From Microbotryum violaceum (lineage: Eukaryota), in contig CDLV01000014.1 of the NCBI GenBank assembly GCA_001244265.2, forward strand, positions 868,001 to 932,000: 64,000 nucleotides of DNA, given 5' to 3'. The notes under the pieces were generated by a model, which made no database searches, was not told the DNA's origin, and saw nothing but the letters and a program-made list of their open reading frames with translations. Both the position numbers and the translations under genes were made by a program. Position 1 is the stretch's first letter. Every line of letters starts with the position of its first letter. Of the stretch, positions 1 to 12,121 are shown piece by piece.

Positions 1-708
1 CCTCACCAACTGCGACTGACCGAAGTCGTCCTGATCGAAGTCAACATCACCAACACGGACTTGTTACACCTCCTCGGGAATGTGACGACGCTCAGGAAGC
101 TTACGCTGTGGTGCTCGTCGTTGTTATCGAAGCGAGGACTGACGCACGTGCTAAAACGGTGTCCGAATCTGGTCGAGCTCAAAGTCGGAGGAAGTTGGTT
201 CGGAGCCAAGGACGAAGGTACGCCCGCAAAAATGACATATATTGTTCTGTGTCGCTGACCTGTTTTGATAGATGATACCAACTTCCCACTCGATGCTTCC
301 CTTGCGAGCCTGCCTCGGCTCCGAGTCATCCACGTCTCGGGCTCGCTCATCTCCCCGGTGATCCTTCTGCTGCCCTCGACCAACCTCGAGCATCTGCTCG
401 TCCACGGTGCACCGGCGTTCACACCCCTGGCGATCCATTCCGCTTTGGCAAGGATGCGTTCGGACCCCTCACCCATCGCGAGGCTGACGTTACCCGAGAT
501 GGTTTTACAAGGTGAGGAGGCTCACACGAGTAGCGGTGGTCGACAAAAGCTTGGCAGTACTTGTGCCGATGTGGGATGGACCGAGCATTGGTTGTTCACC
601 GTTAAGGCGACCGCGCAGGCCAAAGGGGTGATTTTAGAGAATGGGAGGGAGGGCATGGAGGGGAGGGAAGATGACTTTGGGGACGATAGTGGGAGTGATC
701 GAGGTTGA
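1..708 (+). CDS. 3' part of an LRR (probably F-box/LRR, RNI-like) protein; runs off the window start
   Basis: Frame is open from position 1 with LxxLxL repeats (LRKLTLW, CPNLVELKV, LPRLRVIHV). A 54-nt GT..AG intron lies at 218-271 with a CTGAC branch site; stop at 708. Confidence 0.6.
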
Positions 709-968
709 GAATCGGTTCTGGCTCCAGTGTTGTCATTACTTTGATGTGTATTGTACCAAATTGATTTACATTGTTCTTCCTTTGAGCGACGAGGCACTGG
801 GACTGCCTAGAGCGCGATATAAACGGGAAAACCTTTGAAAACGGTCGAACCGAGGCCTCCTGACCTGCTGGGCTGGGGCGGGCTGGAGCACACAGTGCCA
901 CACAGAGCTGCGGGTTGGTTGGCCTTCGCATCGCCAGCGCCCACCGCGAAACGACGCCGCAAGCCACG

Positions 969-1979
969 ATGCAACGCGCTCTGACACCGCTACTGCGCGG
1001 CAGTACACGGCCAGCCTTGGTCACGAGTGCATCGTGTTCCACCTCTACCTCTACCTCACCCCAACCCGTGCACTCGCAACACCAGTGGCCTTGCAGATCG
1101 GCGCCGTCCAAAGCCGGGAAAGCGGCAGCGGCGAGTGGTCCGGTCGTCGAAGAAGCAAAGGATCTGTCGCATCTACTCGCCGTCCAGCCTGGCCCGACAT
1201 CCCGATCTCGTCTCCAGGACCACTACTCCAACACGCTCTCGCACGACCTGCTGTACATGCTCTACCACCACCAGACGCACGTCCAAGCCGCGACGCAGCC
1301 GAACCCGACCTCTCGCGCGCCCGTCTGGTCCCCCGAGAACGCCTACGCCAAGAACCGAGCACCTCCACGACCCAAAGGGAACCGTTACTTGGTCCCGAAC
1401 CAATCCTACACGAGCGCAGCGACCTTGCCCAAGCTCGAGGCGATTGTGCTTTCTTCCATGGCGCGCGAGGCGTTGACCAACAAATCGACGCTCCTCGCTT
1501 TACAACAATTTTTCTCCGCCATCACGGGTGAGGTCCCCCAGTCGATCCATCCCGGTCCTTATGGTCCTGGTTCGGGCCAGGGTCTGGTCGTGACCAAGTC
1601 GACCAAGAAATCGGCGAGCTTCAAGATCCGCGCCGGGATGCCGACCGGCGTCAAGGTCCAACTCAAGGGACAACCCATGTACGACCTCCTCGATACCTTG
1701 GTCGAATTTGTGCTGCCGAGATGGAAGACGTTCAATGGCGTAGCATTGCCACCGCGTTCGGCACCTCGACAAAGCCCCGCCGCGACGACTGGGGTCGTCA
1801 GCTTTGGTTTGCCCCCGGAGACCATGTCCCTATGGCCGCAGGTCGAACTTAACCTCGATCAATACCCGAGGACGTACGGAATGAACATCTCGCTCATCAC
1901 ATCCGCAAGAGGTCGGGGGGCGCAGGAGCAGGCAACAGCCTTGTTGAGTGGGTTGGGCATTCCGTTCGTCAAGAGGTGA
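969..1979 (+). CDS. MRPL7: Mitochondrial ribosomal protein uL5m (MRPL7-like)
   Basis: L5 family motifs (LPKLEAIVL, FKIRAGMPTGVKVQLKG, MYDLLDTLVEFVLPR, LLSGLGIPF) and an Arg/Ser-rich N-terminal presequence from ATG 969. Confidence 0.88.
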   Translation: MQRALTPLLRGSTRPALVTSASCSTSTSTSPQPVHSQHQWPCRSAPSKAGKAAAASGPVVEEAKDLSHLLAVQPGPTSRSRLQDHYSNTLSHDLLYMLYHHQTHVQAATQPNPTSRAPVWSPENAYAKNRAPPRPKGNRYLVPNQSYTSAATLPKLEAIVLSSMAREALTNKSTLLALQQFFSAITGEVPQSIHPGPYGPGSGQGLVVTKSTKKSASFKIRAGMPTGVKVQLKGQPMYDLLDTLVEFVLPRWKTFNGVALPPRSAPRQSPAATTGVVSFGLPPETMSLWPQVELNLDQYPRTYGMNISLITSARGRGAQEQATALLSGLGIPFVKR

Positions 1980-2164
1980 AAAGTCAACATCGAACAAGGC
2001 CGGTCGCAACTCGTTAGGAGTGCGAAGAAGGGAGAGCACCGTAGTCGTCGTCGTCGTCGCGGGGGAGGTGAAATACCATGACAGAGGAGAACGTGTACCA
2101 AACCGAGAGGACCGAGAAGAGAGTACCTCGCACCAGATACGACCAAGAATTCATGGTGAAACCT

Positions 2165-2520
2165 CTATTTGTGGGACCTCAGCAGCACAGACCTATCTTC
2201 TTCTCCTTGGTCCGGGTAGTGCAGTATCGTCGTCGACTTTAACACGGCCTCGTCCCGTCGAGAAGAAGCTGCCGGAGGAGCGTGAGTCATGATGAAGGTT
2301 CGTTCTGCTCCCAATGAGACGGAGGCGATGACTCGGTTTTCCTTCTTGTCGCGGTGAATCCCGATGTACACTGTGCCTAACCATCATTCAGAGTCTTGTC
2401 AGTGACGTCGTGGTGGTGCCGGCCGCCTTCGGTACCACGTCAATGAGGGGACAGTCAGGGACCTTCCTCGAGCACTCATAAGGTTCAGCATGCAATGGTC
2501 GAACGAGACACCTACTACTA
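2165..2520 (-). pseudogene. Decayed fragment of an AlkB (ALKBH2/3-like) 2OG-Fe(II) dioxygenase
   Basis: Shows GVSFDHCMLNL followed by VYIGIHRDKKENRVIASVSLGAERTF (HxD motif). The intron donor reads tATGAGT instead of GTGAGT, and no recognisable C-terminal H/RxxxxxR motifs follow. Confidence 0.65.
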
Positions 2521-2904
2521 TAGCTTCTCCGTGCTTAGGTCTCGACGATCAAAGCGCCGCGTTTAGGGTTCAGAGGTCGCAAGAGGGGTGAGACACGTCA
2601 ACAAATTGACATCATATACACGCAGACGAAATAAATGCAGTACAAAGCACCAAAGACTACACAGACGAATGTGCTACAGCGAAGCGCAGATTGGTCAGAA
2701 TCTACCGCAGAATCATAGAAAGCCCTCCCCCCGACGCAGCCATGCCGCTCATTCAGATCCTCATGTCGGCCCCTTCAATCTCAGGGGTCATCGTGACTTC
2801 CAAGTGATCGATGATGCCCAACCACACCTCCTCGAAATCAATGTGTTTGGAGCGCGAACTAGACATCAATCAGCTTACAGCCGCATAAAGGCCCAGGGTT
2901 TGCC

Positions 2905-4310
2905 CTAGTACGCGGCTTTAGGCGTCCGGCAACAACCAAAATAATAATACTGACGGGCCAGGAGACAATTCCCCCGAATGAGAGCAAACACCTTGCCCAA
3001 CCCATGCGACGCCTCGATTTCGTTCCAGCGGCGTTCGAGCAAAAAGGCGCTTTCGACGCGCTGGATCTCGTTGAACCGCGCCACGAACAAGCTGAACACT
3101 TCGTAGGGCAGCTTAATGAGATGCAAAAACGGCAGGCCCATATGTGGGTAGAGCAATCTTCGAACTATTCATTCTCGACTTACTTTCTGGGCGGTGAGTG
3201 ATTTGACAAAATCCGTATTGCGTCAGGAAGGGAAGGCTTTGCTTAGGACCACTGCCCGTCGACAGGGGATCGTGACTGGACTAACACTCATAGTAAGCCC
3301 TCTCCTTCAGTTCGGGTAAACCGAGCTTATCCGCCATACGATACATCGCTTTGGCGCTACAAGGCCCTCCTCCGCCTTTCGACTGAGGCCAAGGCGTGTT
3401 CGCGAGCAAGTATACGCGTCGACTCGAGAAGGGGAAGGGGGTGTCGAAGGCGAGAGCCACATCCCTGGCGACATGGTACGTCGAGGCCAAAGGTGCGAAG
3501 ATGATTGGATCGGTGTAGAGGTAGTGAAGAAGGGCGCGGTCCGAGTGGTGGCTGAGGGCATAAGAAGGGCCATGACACCAGTGTGAGCACTCTTGCGCGC
3601 AGTCAAATTCTGCCCCTAGTCATGAGGTACCAACACTCACGCGGCATCAGTAACTGGCACCACCTCGAACCAAGGTCTAGAATCAACTTCAGCCTTCTGT
3701 TGTAAAACCCATCCTGATTGCTTAACCAGTTCACCAAAAAAGAAGGAATCTTCAAGAAATGCTAAATCCTCTTTCAACACCTTCGCCTTCGATCCCGAGT
3801 TGCCTTACGGCTGGGACGAGCCCTCTTCGTCGTGGCAGGTTTGACGGGCGACTCAGGGGCCACGGGTGCGTCGACAAAAGTCAGCGCTCCTCCGTCCCTC
3901 GAAGCCCTCGCCACTCGTTCGCGGGTACGGTGCCCACCATCCTCAGCGCCCTCATCTGAGTCTGAGAGAGCTCGGTGCACATCGTCGTTACGACGCGGTC
4001 GTTCCCCTTCATCATCCGAGACCGCTGCCGAGGACGGTCACGAGCCATGGTCCGATCTCGGCTGACTAGCTAGCGATCGCCATCAAGGGTCCTGATTGCT
4101 GTCCGCCCACTGAAGACGATGACGAATTACCTCGATCCATGCCAACAGTCTGGGCAGAAAGAAAATATCGAGTCTTGAATTCCACTCCAACTCGTGTATA
4201 GAACGAATATACTCATCACCTCTTTCGTCGTATTTCTCAGCTCGCAGGCGTCGGCATCGCAGTGCTCCAGACCGGCGCTCAAATCGGGTCCGTCGCCCTG
4301 CCACACTCCT
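2905..4310 (-). pseudogene. Decayed BTB/POZ-type adaptor protein (basidiomycete type), C-terminal portion
   Basis: Exon pieces VTDAA / RALLHYLYTDPIIFAPLAS / PCSAKAMYRMADKLGLPELKERAY / LPYEVFSLFVARFNEIQRVE. Upstream frames contain stops, and the donor at ~3291 is mutated. Confidence 0.6.
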
Positions 4311-4344
4311 CCCTGCCCGAGCGCAATTGTCGCTTCGAGAAACG

Positions 4345-4570
4345 GAAGCTCTCTAGACCTGAAGGTTTGTTCAACGAAAATTGGAGCTGAAGGTTTGTTC
4401 AACGAAAATGGGGGGGGGGCGCGAACTGGGGAAATCCCTGAAGCTCTTTAGAGCTGGAGGTTTGTTCCAGAAAAATTCGGCGGCGCGGGCTTGGGAAATT
4501 GACGACGATCTCAGCGCTGGGGGGCGGCTGGCGAGGCGCGGCGAGTTTGGGAAATTGACGACGGTCTCAA
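4345..4570. repeat. Cluster of short direct repeats, possibly a TE subterminal region
   Basis: (g/c)ctg(a/g)aggtttgttc..aaaat occurs three times (4358-4477); ttgggaaattgacgac(g)(a/g)tctca occurs twice (~4491 and ~4547). Confidence 0.6.
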
Positions 4571-5441
4571 CATTACAGCCAACCGGCAAAAGCCGGCACA
4601 GACCTGCACAGACCGGCGCGGATCGGCGGCGAATGACACGGACTGCAAAGTCCTGTACTAGGCATGCGTTTCGGCCCGTCTGATAGCTGTGTGCGAACAT
4701 CAACATCTCAGTAGCTCATGGTACAGCCCTCCTCCACCGTGGAGTAGTTCATCAGTCACGAACGGTGCTCAGTCGGTCCGACACACTAGTCATTGGTATC
4801 AAGTGGCATTTGTGTCCACCCACCCTGCGGCGATGTCGATTTTTCCCAGTTCACGTGTCATAGTTGTGCCTCCCGACGCCGAGTCATTAGACAGCATCTC
4901 GGAGCTTGGCTTGACAAGAGGCGGTCGCTCTTGCCAAAAAAACATGGCGAATAAGTACAGTACACTTATCATGGACCGAACAGATTTGTTGTCTCACATT
5001 CGCTTGACGACGATCTAGTGATCAGGTGCTCATTGCGACAGCTCGCCTTGTCCAACGTCAAACTTCGTTTGGAACAACTGCAGATTCTTTGTCAGACTCA
5101 CAACTTGCAAGGCTACTCTTTTCGGCGATCAAGGGCTAGAGAACTGTTTTTGCGTATTCTATTGTCTTCATGCACTGGAACTTGTCCAGCATGTGAGAGC
5201 GGCTACATCTTCAAGCGAAGCACAGCCATTGACATTCTGGTCCCCAGACGGCATTGCGTACGCTGAGCGACGTTTTTGGCGGGGAATACCCATCTGAATG
5301 GGTATTGCCTGGGCTTTGTATTACCCATCTGAAGGGGTAATACCCAAGCAGACGGTATTCCCTTCGGTTCGGGTATTTCCAATTTTAATGGGTAATACCA
5401 TCCAAAAAGTCTCAATAGGGGCTCTTTTCGGGAGCGTGATC

Positions 5442-5551
5442 GAGCTTAATTCACATTAGCTTGCTCATTAGGTTCTGTATCATTAAACGCTAGTGCGAGC
5501 TCAATTGGAACTAGCTTACTCATTAGGGTCTGTATCATAAATTACTAATGC
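5442..5551. repeat. 55-bp imperfect tandem duplication
   Basis: gagcttaatt...tagcttgctcattaggttctgtatcat... at 5442-5496 is repeated with mismatches at 5497-5551. Confidence 0.75.
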
Positions 5552-5718
5552 TCGCGTTCATATTACTAATGTTAATGCAGCCATTTTATATTGCATGCCA
5601 GATGTTGTAGTATTTATCTAGCAAGTGTCTACCTCCGTTACCATCTTTGACCCGTAGCCGGATAGTTTGGATCGTTGGCATCCAAATCATCCGCAGCTGC
5701 CGCGCGTGCTCCGCTTCC

Positions 5719-7184
5719 TCAAGTCCTTGGAGACCGTTCCAATTCCTCGACTTCTTCTTCATCCTGTCCCTGATCCTCGTCTTCTTCTTCTTCAGCTCGA
5801 CCGTTGCCAAGGTCTCTCTTTGGGTTGGTCTGTTGGCTTCTGTTAGGATTGTGTTCGGTCTTCTTCTTCTTGTTTCTTGGCGGGCCCGGGCCTCTGACAC
5901 CGCTGGCTGCAGGAGTCGAACGTTGGCCGCTTGAACCCACGTGGGGGCTTGTTTGTTGAGTCTCCTGCGACAATTGTGGCGATCCTGCTCCTTGGCGCGC
6001 TCCTCGCTTCTTGGGCACTAGGGTCCTGTTCCTAGTTGCCAGCACTTCTTCCTCTTCGAGGTCGCTTGTGTCTGTATCTGAAGCCGAATAGACCCCGTCT
6101 TGGCTCTGAAGGAGTCATCACGGTCTCATCAGTGCATACCATCCAGTCCGATCTGGTTGAGAAGAAGGGGCTAACTTTCCGACTGGGACCTTCACCATGC
6201 CTGCTGCGGAGTGTCGCTATGTCTGCTTTGGAGAGCTGACCTTTGATTCCCGCAAGCCGGCACACTTCGCGATCGTACGCTAATTTCCAGGCGGACCGAA
6301 TATTTGCCAAGACATCGATGACGAGTTCTTCATAGAGCCAGTCGCCGGATGTGACCGCAAGGAAACCAGCCCGTTCGCGAATCTGACCAAGTGCCAATGG
6401 AGGAGTAATTGGTCAGCACGCAAGCGAGCGCACAACAAGGTGACGACCGGGGGGGGCTTCGTGTTACTTACATACTTGACAATTTCTCGTTGCTTCAAAG
6501 GGGAGAGATTCCCCCATAAGACTGTGTTTGTGCTAGTTTTGGCAGAGATGAGTCTGAAGGCGTCCTTGAGATCGTAGTTTTCGGGCAGGTCGTGGTTGGG
6601 GGACCACTCCTGGTTGATCTCCGCAAGCGGCCCATACAGCTGGACCGGGGTAGGTGTCCTGATCCCTGCCACTACTAGTGCTTCCCGCACCACCGACTGG
6701 GTCGAGGAAGGTTACGAGTGGCACAGGGATGTCAGAGCTAGTCGGTCGTGGGGCTCTGCTCGCTGGACTTGCCGGCACTTACGCGAACCCAATTGTAATA
6801 GATTTTGTCAATTTGCCCGCGCTTGCAAGTATAATCACGCAAGCCCATATTGCCCTTGTCTTTTCGTGCGTACATGCCGTCGGCATCAATGTATTTTCTG
6901 GCTGCAGTGGACCGATGCGGCACACGTCAGCGAAAATGTGGCTGACTTAGCCCGAACGAGACTCGGCCCAAGCTTGAGGCCTCCTGAGGCCTGAGCGCTT
7001 GAGCCCGAACCAGCTGAGCCCAAACCTGAGCCCGAACCTGAGCCCGAACCTGAGCCCGAACCTGAGCCCGAACCTGGCGAAGCAAATCCTTGAATCAGAA
7101 CAAGTACTGCATGCTGAGCTCACCAGTGCCCTTCCCATTCCGTCTTTGGTTCTCTTTGTCCTTCTCTGATGCAGATCCTGCCAT
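5719..7184 (-). CDS. Multi-exon hypothetical protein inside the CACTA element (accessory ORF)
   Basis: ATG 7184 (MAGSASEKDKENQRRNGKGT) is followed by GT..AG introns linking a GSGSGS exon, KYIDADG..YYNWVR, VVREAL..REIVKY, ALGQIRERAGFLAVTSGDWLYEEL and a basic/acidic tail. Confidence 0.6.
7000..7076. repeat. 12-bp minisatellite (ctgagcccgaac), about 6 units, encoding a Gly-Ser repeat on the minus strand
   Basis: Tandem units are directly visible. Confidence 0.85.
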
Positions 7185-7376
7185 TGCGACGCTCCCGTGT
7201 GGCAGTGGATGAATGGTGGGTGGAAGAAGGACTGAACACGTGGGCGGAAGGAGGGAAAGAGAGAAACGAAGACGCGCGCGCAAACTGCACGACTGCGCCG
7301 ACTGCGCCACAATTTTTGCAAAGTCTTCTTCCGGACCCTCAACGGTGGTAAACGTGCACCGCTCGTTCGCTCCGCC

Positions 7377-10300
7377 ATGGCGGGCAACACAACCTCTCGC
7401 CCATGCCCTTGTTCCTGGTGTAAAGGGGCTTCAGTGTCAAAAGCGACCTTCTACCGCCATCACGCTCGACAACCTAATGGACCCCGCGCTACCGAAGAGG
7501 CTGCCATTCTCGAGGTACCGCGGCAGCCATCGATGCTTCTAGCACCGCCTGGTCCACAGTCTCAATTATTCCAGCCCCCACGACCTACACCCAGTTGGTT
7601 CGCAACCCGCTCGCCACAAAAATATACCCAATCCGCAGAGCGAATCGTGTCGCGAAAGGCGTTCGTCGGTTCTTCGATGGGCGCTCAGCTCAATGACTCG
7701 GCGCTTTCAAACGACACACAAGCTTATGGCAGCGTCTCGAGTAATATTTCGCACACCGATGCACCAAACTCACCATCTCTGCCATACGAGAGCGAAGAAT
7801 TCAGTATGAACATCAGCCCCGAGCTTCCCCAGATCCCTGAAGGCGATTACGATTTCGAGCGAGCTTCTTGGACGGGGGGGGTCAATGGACAGTTTCGAAG
7901 GCCATGCACTGGAGTCGGACCAAGACGTACTTCCTCAGACACAACTGTTTGAAATGACTTCCGCTTTGGAGACGACATCCCCCGCCCTGCAGCCCCTCGA
8001 CAATTACAGTTCGAGCTCGCTCCCATTCGACGACGACGATCCACTTGTCGTCGAGGAACTTTGGAGAGCGGATCAACGGTTGGATGCCAATGGTGTCTAC
8101 AACACACCCACCACATCCCGATTGTCCAGCTCCCAGGAGCGCGCAGTGGCAGAGGAGGAAGTTCGCCAAGAGATCGAGTTGGGTGAGATTCATATCATAA
8201 ATTGAATGTTGCTAGTGAGTGGGCGAGTGCCGCGTCCCTGATGTGAACCTCTGCTCCACTGCCTTCAGCCAAGGCTCTCCCGTACTACGACGTGGATACA
8301 CTGTACGACTTTTCTTTTCGACATATGTACAACATGACGCGCCAGGCGAGCAAAATCTGGGAGGTACTTGGGAGTCGGCCTAGTTTGCAGAAAGTACGTG
8401 CTCGAGTGTTTGCATTGACAGGTAAGTAGTCGGGCTGCATTCCATTCTTGATCTTCAAAGCGCAGTGTTCGCTGACAGTTCGTCGATTTAGGCTTGAAGC
8501 CTGTTCGGATACCCTGCTGCGTCAAGACCTGTGTTGCTTTCACTGGGCCGAGAGAAGCATTGACACATTGTCCAGTATGCAATTCGCCGAAACTGGATCA
8601 AAATGGCCATCCTCAAAATACATTTCTGTACCTGTCGCCCGACGTGTACTTAAACATCTACCTGCGCGATCGAGTGTACGCCTCCTTGATGCGTTATCGA
8701 TCCGACTTTGAGCGCAATCGAGATCCTCAAGAGGTCGTGGACTTATTTGACGGTGATCGTTATCGCGAGAAGCTGGATCAGAACATATCATGGACGAACC
8801 CACCTATCGCAGGTGCATCCCAACCGACCGTCTCTACAATCAACGTCAAGTATTATGAGAACGATGTCGACGTCGCGTTCGGGCTGTTCACCGATGGCAT
8901 TCAACTATTCAACAAGACTCAGAGCGAATGCTGGCCAATCATGATGATCAATTACAACCTACCGCCAGAGATACGTTACAAGAAGAAGCATCTCATGACC
9001 GTCGGCATCATACCCGGCCCCAAGGGCCCCAAAGACATTGATTCATTTCTTCATCCCCTCTACGAAGATGCTCGAGCATCGGCTAGAAACGGACACATGG
9101 TCTTTGACGGTGTTACAGAGGTGTGTAATAGCGTCGCCGAGTTAAGTCCTGCATATCCTCCGCCCCGTGGAGACTGATGCACATTGCCGCATTGACAGAC
9201 CATGGTGCGACAGCGATGGTTCATACACGTGATTGGAGGCGACGGACCTGCTCTCTCAAAGATGCTTGGTTTCAAGGGTCCAACCGACAAATGGCCTTGC
9301 CGAGTCTGCCTCATTCAAGGAGTTCCATGCGCTGCTGCCCACAATCACAACTACTACCCCCTCAAGATGTCTCTCGACTCATCGCATGCGAACCGATCTG
9401 ATCTGACCGCTTTGGATCTTCCCATGCGTTCGGAAGCAACGATCCGCGAAGCGGCATCGGAAAAAAATCCTACATTCGGCCTCAGCAAGCTGAGCTCGGC
9501 GGCGCACCTTCCTGGATTTTCGCTTCATCAAGACGGACCTTCGGACTTCATGCACGCTGTCTTCGAAAACGTCGCTCGAAAGCTCTTCAATACGTGGCAT
9601 GGTGACTTGGCGGCTCAGAAATCAAAGGGTTACAAGACCCAGGCGCCACAAGCTCAGAGAGGCAGATCCGCGCAAGGGAAGGTGACATCGGCGGCTAGTG
9701 CAGAAGCAACGACGTCCGCGGCCGCAGTAGACGAAGCGCTTGGGACCGACTTACCTGACTGGGTGTTACCAAACAAATATGGGAGGTCATTGGCCAGGAA
9801 ATCACCAACGGCGCAAAGACAATACCCAGCCTATTCGCTCGAAAGATGCCCAACATCCACCTACAGACTGGAGCAATGACTGCAGAGGATTGGTCGAACT
9901 GGATTCTCTATGTTGGCCCCTGTGTTCTTCATGATCGACTGCCCGCCAAATATTTCGCCCACTTCCTGGCGCTTCGGAGGTGGGTTAAAGATTGCATGGC
10001 TATGACAATCAACAAGGAGGATGTAACCAAGGATGGCGCTCTTCGACGTGACATAGCCTCCTGGTGTACCGAGTTTGAATCGTAAGCCCTCACGGTGCCA
10101 CTCTTCCCTGAACGACCTCAGTCATCTGACCCTAATCTGCCTTGTTTACCTCGGCTTCAGATTATATTACTCAGGGAAATCAGCTCACTTGATCAATCTG
10201 CCGCACTCGGTTCATGCGGTCTTACACATAGCCGATTTCATCGAATGGCATGGGCCACCTGCCATGACTTGGTGCTTTGCCATGGAGCGGCTCAACCAAA

Positions 10301-11368
10301 CGGTCAAGCGTGTCGCAAGCAAGGCTCATCGTCTACCATATGAAGCAGTGAATCGTTGTCAGTAATTCTCTGCCCAAGGAATACGAGTTGATTGCGATGT
10401 AAAATCTCTGACCACTTATCTGTAACCCATGCAGATGTGTGTGCGGATGCTGCCTTGCAAATGGCGTGTTCGCGCTTTCCTCGCTTCTCTTATCCCATCA
10501 CTGTACCGGCACTGATGAAGCATCAGAAGGACAAGCAGATGGAGCTCGAGCAGATGCAACAGTCACGGGGGTTGTTCATGAACGCAACGGGAGATCAAAT
10601 GCGCGGTTCGTCCGCGGCCGCATCACGACAAGCTTCGAGTGAAAATGGGGACTCGGGGGCCGAAGCTTTGGGTCTTTACGGACGGCGCAGTGACAAGCTG
10701 AAGCAGGGACCGGGTATCAACGATGTAATGCGAGTTGCGCAATTTATTGCACGCGAATTGTTTGGTCAGCTGGCCCCTGTGGTCTTCAAGCGAAAGGTGC
10801 GTATTCACATTTGGTTCAGATCCATCCGGCATTTCGAATTGCTAATCTGCGGCTCACTGCCGCATAGGTTGACGCAATCAGGACATCAATTTTGAGCTTG
10901 TCGATCAATTCTTTTGAAGGCTACCGCATGGACTCTGGACGGGACCGGATTGCGGCGGCGGAGCGACTGTCAAAGCATGCAAGAGTTTCTGCAGACACAC
11001 GGGATGCTTCATGGATCTCAGTAAGTTATAGTACCAGGTTACGATTACAGTTACGCTGAGGAAGCATTTTCAGTACGATCTATTGATAGACAGTAGTCGA
11101 CGTCGTGCAAGAGACAACTCTCAGGCGTTCCCTCGTGAAGGCGAAGGAGCCGATCGTGTCAAACATTTTGGTCAACTTTTGGCGATTTATGAGTTCCGAT
11201 ATGGGGAGCAGGTGCGCGCATTCGCACTTGGTTGTGCCAGGCGGCCTTACGACCCTGACACATTCCTCTCGCTTCATAGAACTTCCTGCTTGGGAAGGTA
11301 CGGTCGCTTGGTTTGAGCCACTTGCAACCTGTCGACACGGTGAAGCCTCCAACTTGAACCTGCGTTAA
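7377..11368 (+). CDS. CACTA-family transposase (Tnp2/Transposase_21 plus DUF4218-like region), multi-exon, with homopolymer frameshifts
   Basis: N-terminal CPCSWC..TFYRH; CCVKTCVAFTG..HCPVC; DLFDGDRY; GLFTDGIQLF..CWPIMMINYNLPPEIRY..GIIPGPKGPKDIDSFLHPL; GDGPA..GFKG..PCRVC; DFMHAVFEN; HAVLHIADFIEWHGPPAMTWCFAMER. Frame slips occur at the G8 run (7874-7881) and the A3 run (~9775). Confidence 0.88.
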
Positions 11369-12121
11369 GTTGCGGCGCGCTTCAACTCTCTCCCGCTAGA
11401 CGGCCGAAAGCAATACCGATCCATAGTGACCGTTTTTGGCTAAAGGTTAGTGGTCCGAGCGGGCGCGTATTCCCTGCCAAAGTCAATCGACGGGGCGGCC
11501 ATCATCTCCGGGAGATTCTACTACTTGATTCGCGAGGCAACTTGAATGACCGGCGACGCTTGGGCCAAAGCGTGGGATTTGGCACTTTCGTGCTGGTGTA
11601 GCACAGGCGTGAAGGACTCTGACGGTTCATCTCTCAGTTCATGATCATTCAATATTGCAAGCTTCATCGTGATTGAACCAGATCGCAAGAAAACCATCTC
11701 TGGATGCCATGCTATAGCAGAAAGGTCGCTTTCCGAGGCCCAAATTTTGGAGGGCAACTCCGCCGAACGCGACCTCTGCAGCGCGCACAAACTTTCAGCT
11801 TCAACTACAAGCGGATCCGAGTAAGGGGCCTGATTTGATCGCAGTATCACCAACAGATATTGAACGTAGCTGGTTGTGTAGGGATAACGTGTAAGGAGAG
11901 ATGATTGGGTGGTGGGGGGGCCGTGGGGGCTGACGGCATACCCTACACGCGATCACTGGTTGACAAAAGCAAAGGTCCAATCTAGCATTTTCGGGGAGGA
12001 CAGGCACGTAGATGAAGCAGTGATAGAGTGACATAATTCGAGGTGGGAGTTTGCCCCTGCAGGCAGGAAAGGGAATACACCATGATCTCGAACACAAAAT
12101 GAAGAGGGACTTTGGGTAGGA

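Larger units (their letters stand above)
5264..11495 (+). mobile_element. CACTA/EnSpm (CMC) DNA transposon with a transposase and a divergent accessory gene; ends uncertain
   Basis: Tnp2/Transposase_21-like ORF. A 14/15-bp inverted match joins tttggcggggaatac (5275-5289) and gtattccctgccaaa (11467-11481). A palindromic AATACCC/GGGTATT array lies at 5285-5400. Confidence 0.75.

Noticed and set aside
7000-7076. Regular short repeats (also 4345-4570 and the MULE TIR motifs) as a CRISPR-like array
   Set aside because: No unique spacers of constant length, eukaryotic context, and already explained as a coding minisatellite or TE repeats.
11521-12097. Short ORFs between the CACTA element and the OPT gene
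   Set aside because: No recognisable motifs or splice pattern; likely non-coding or 3' UTR.
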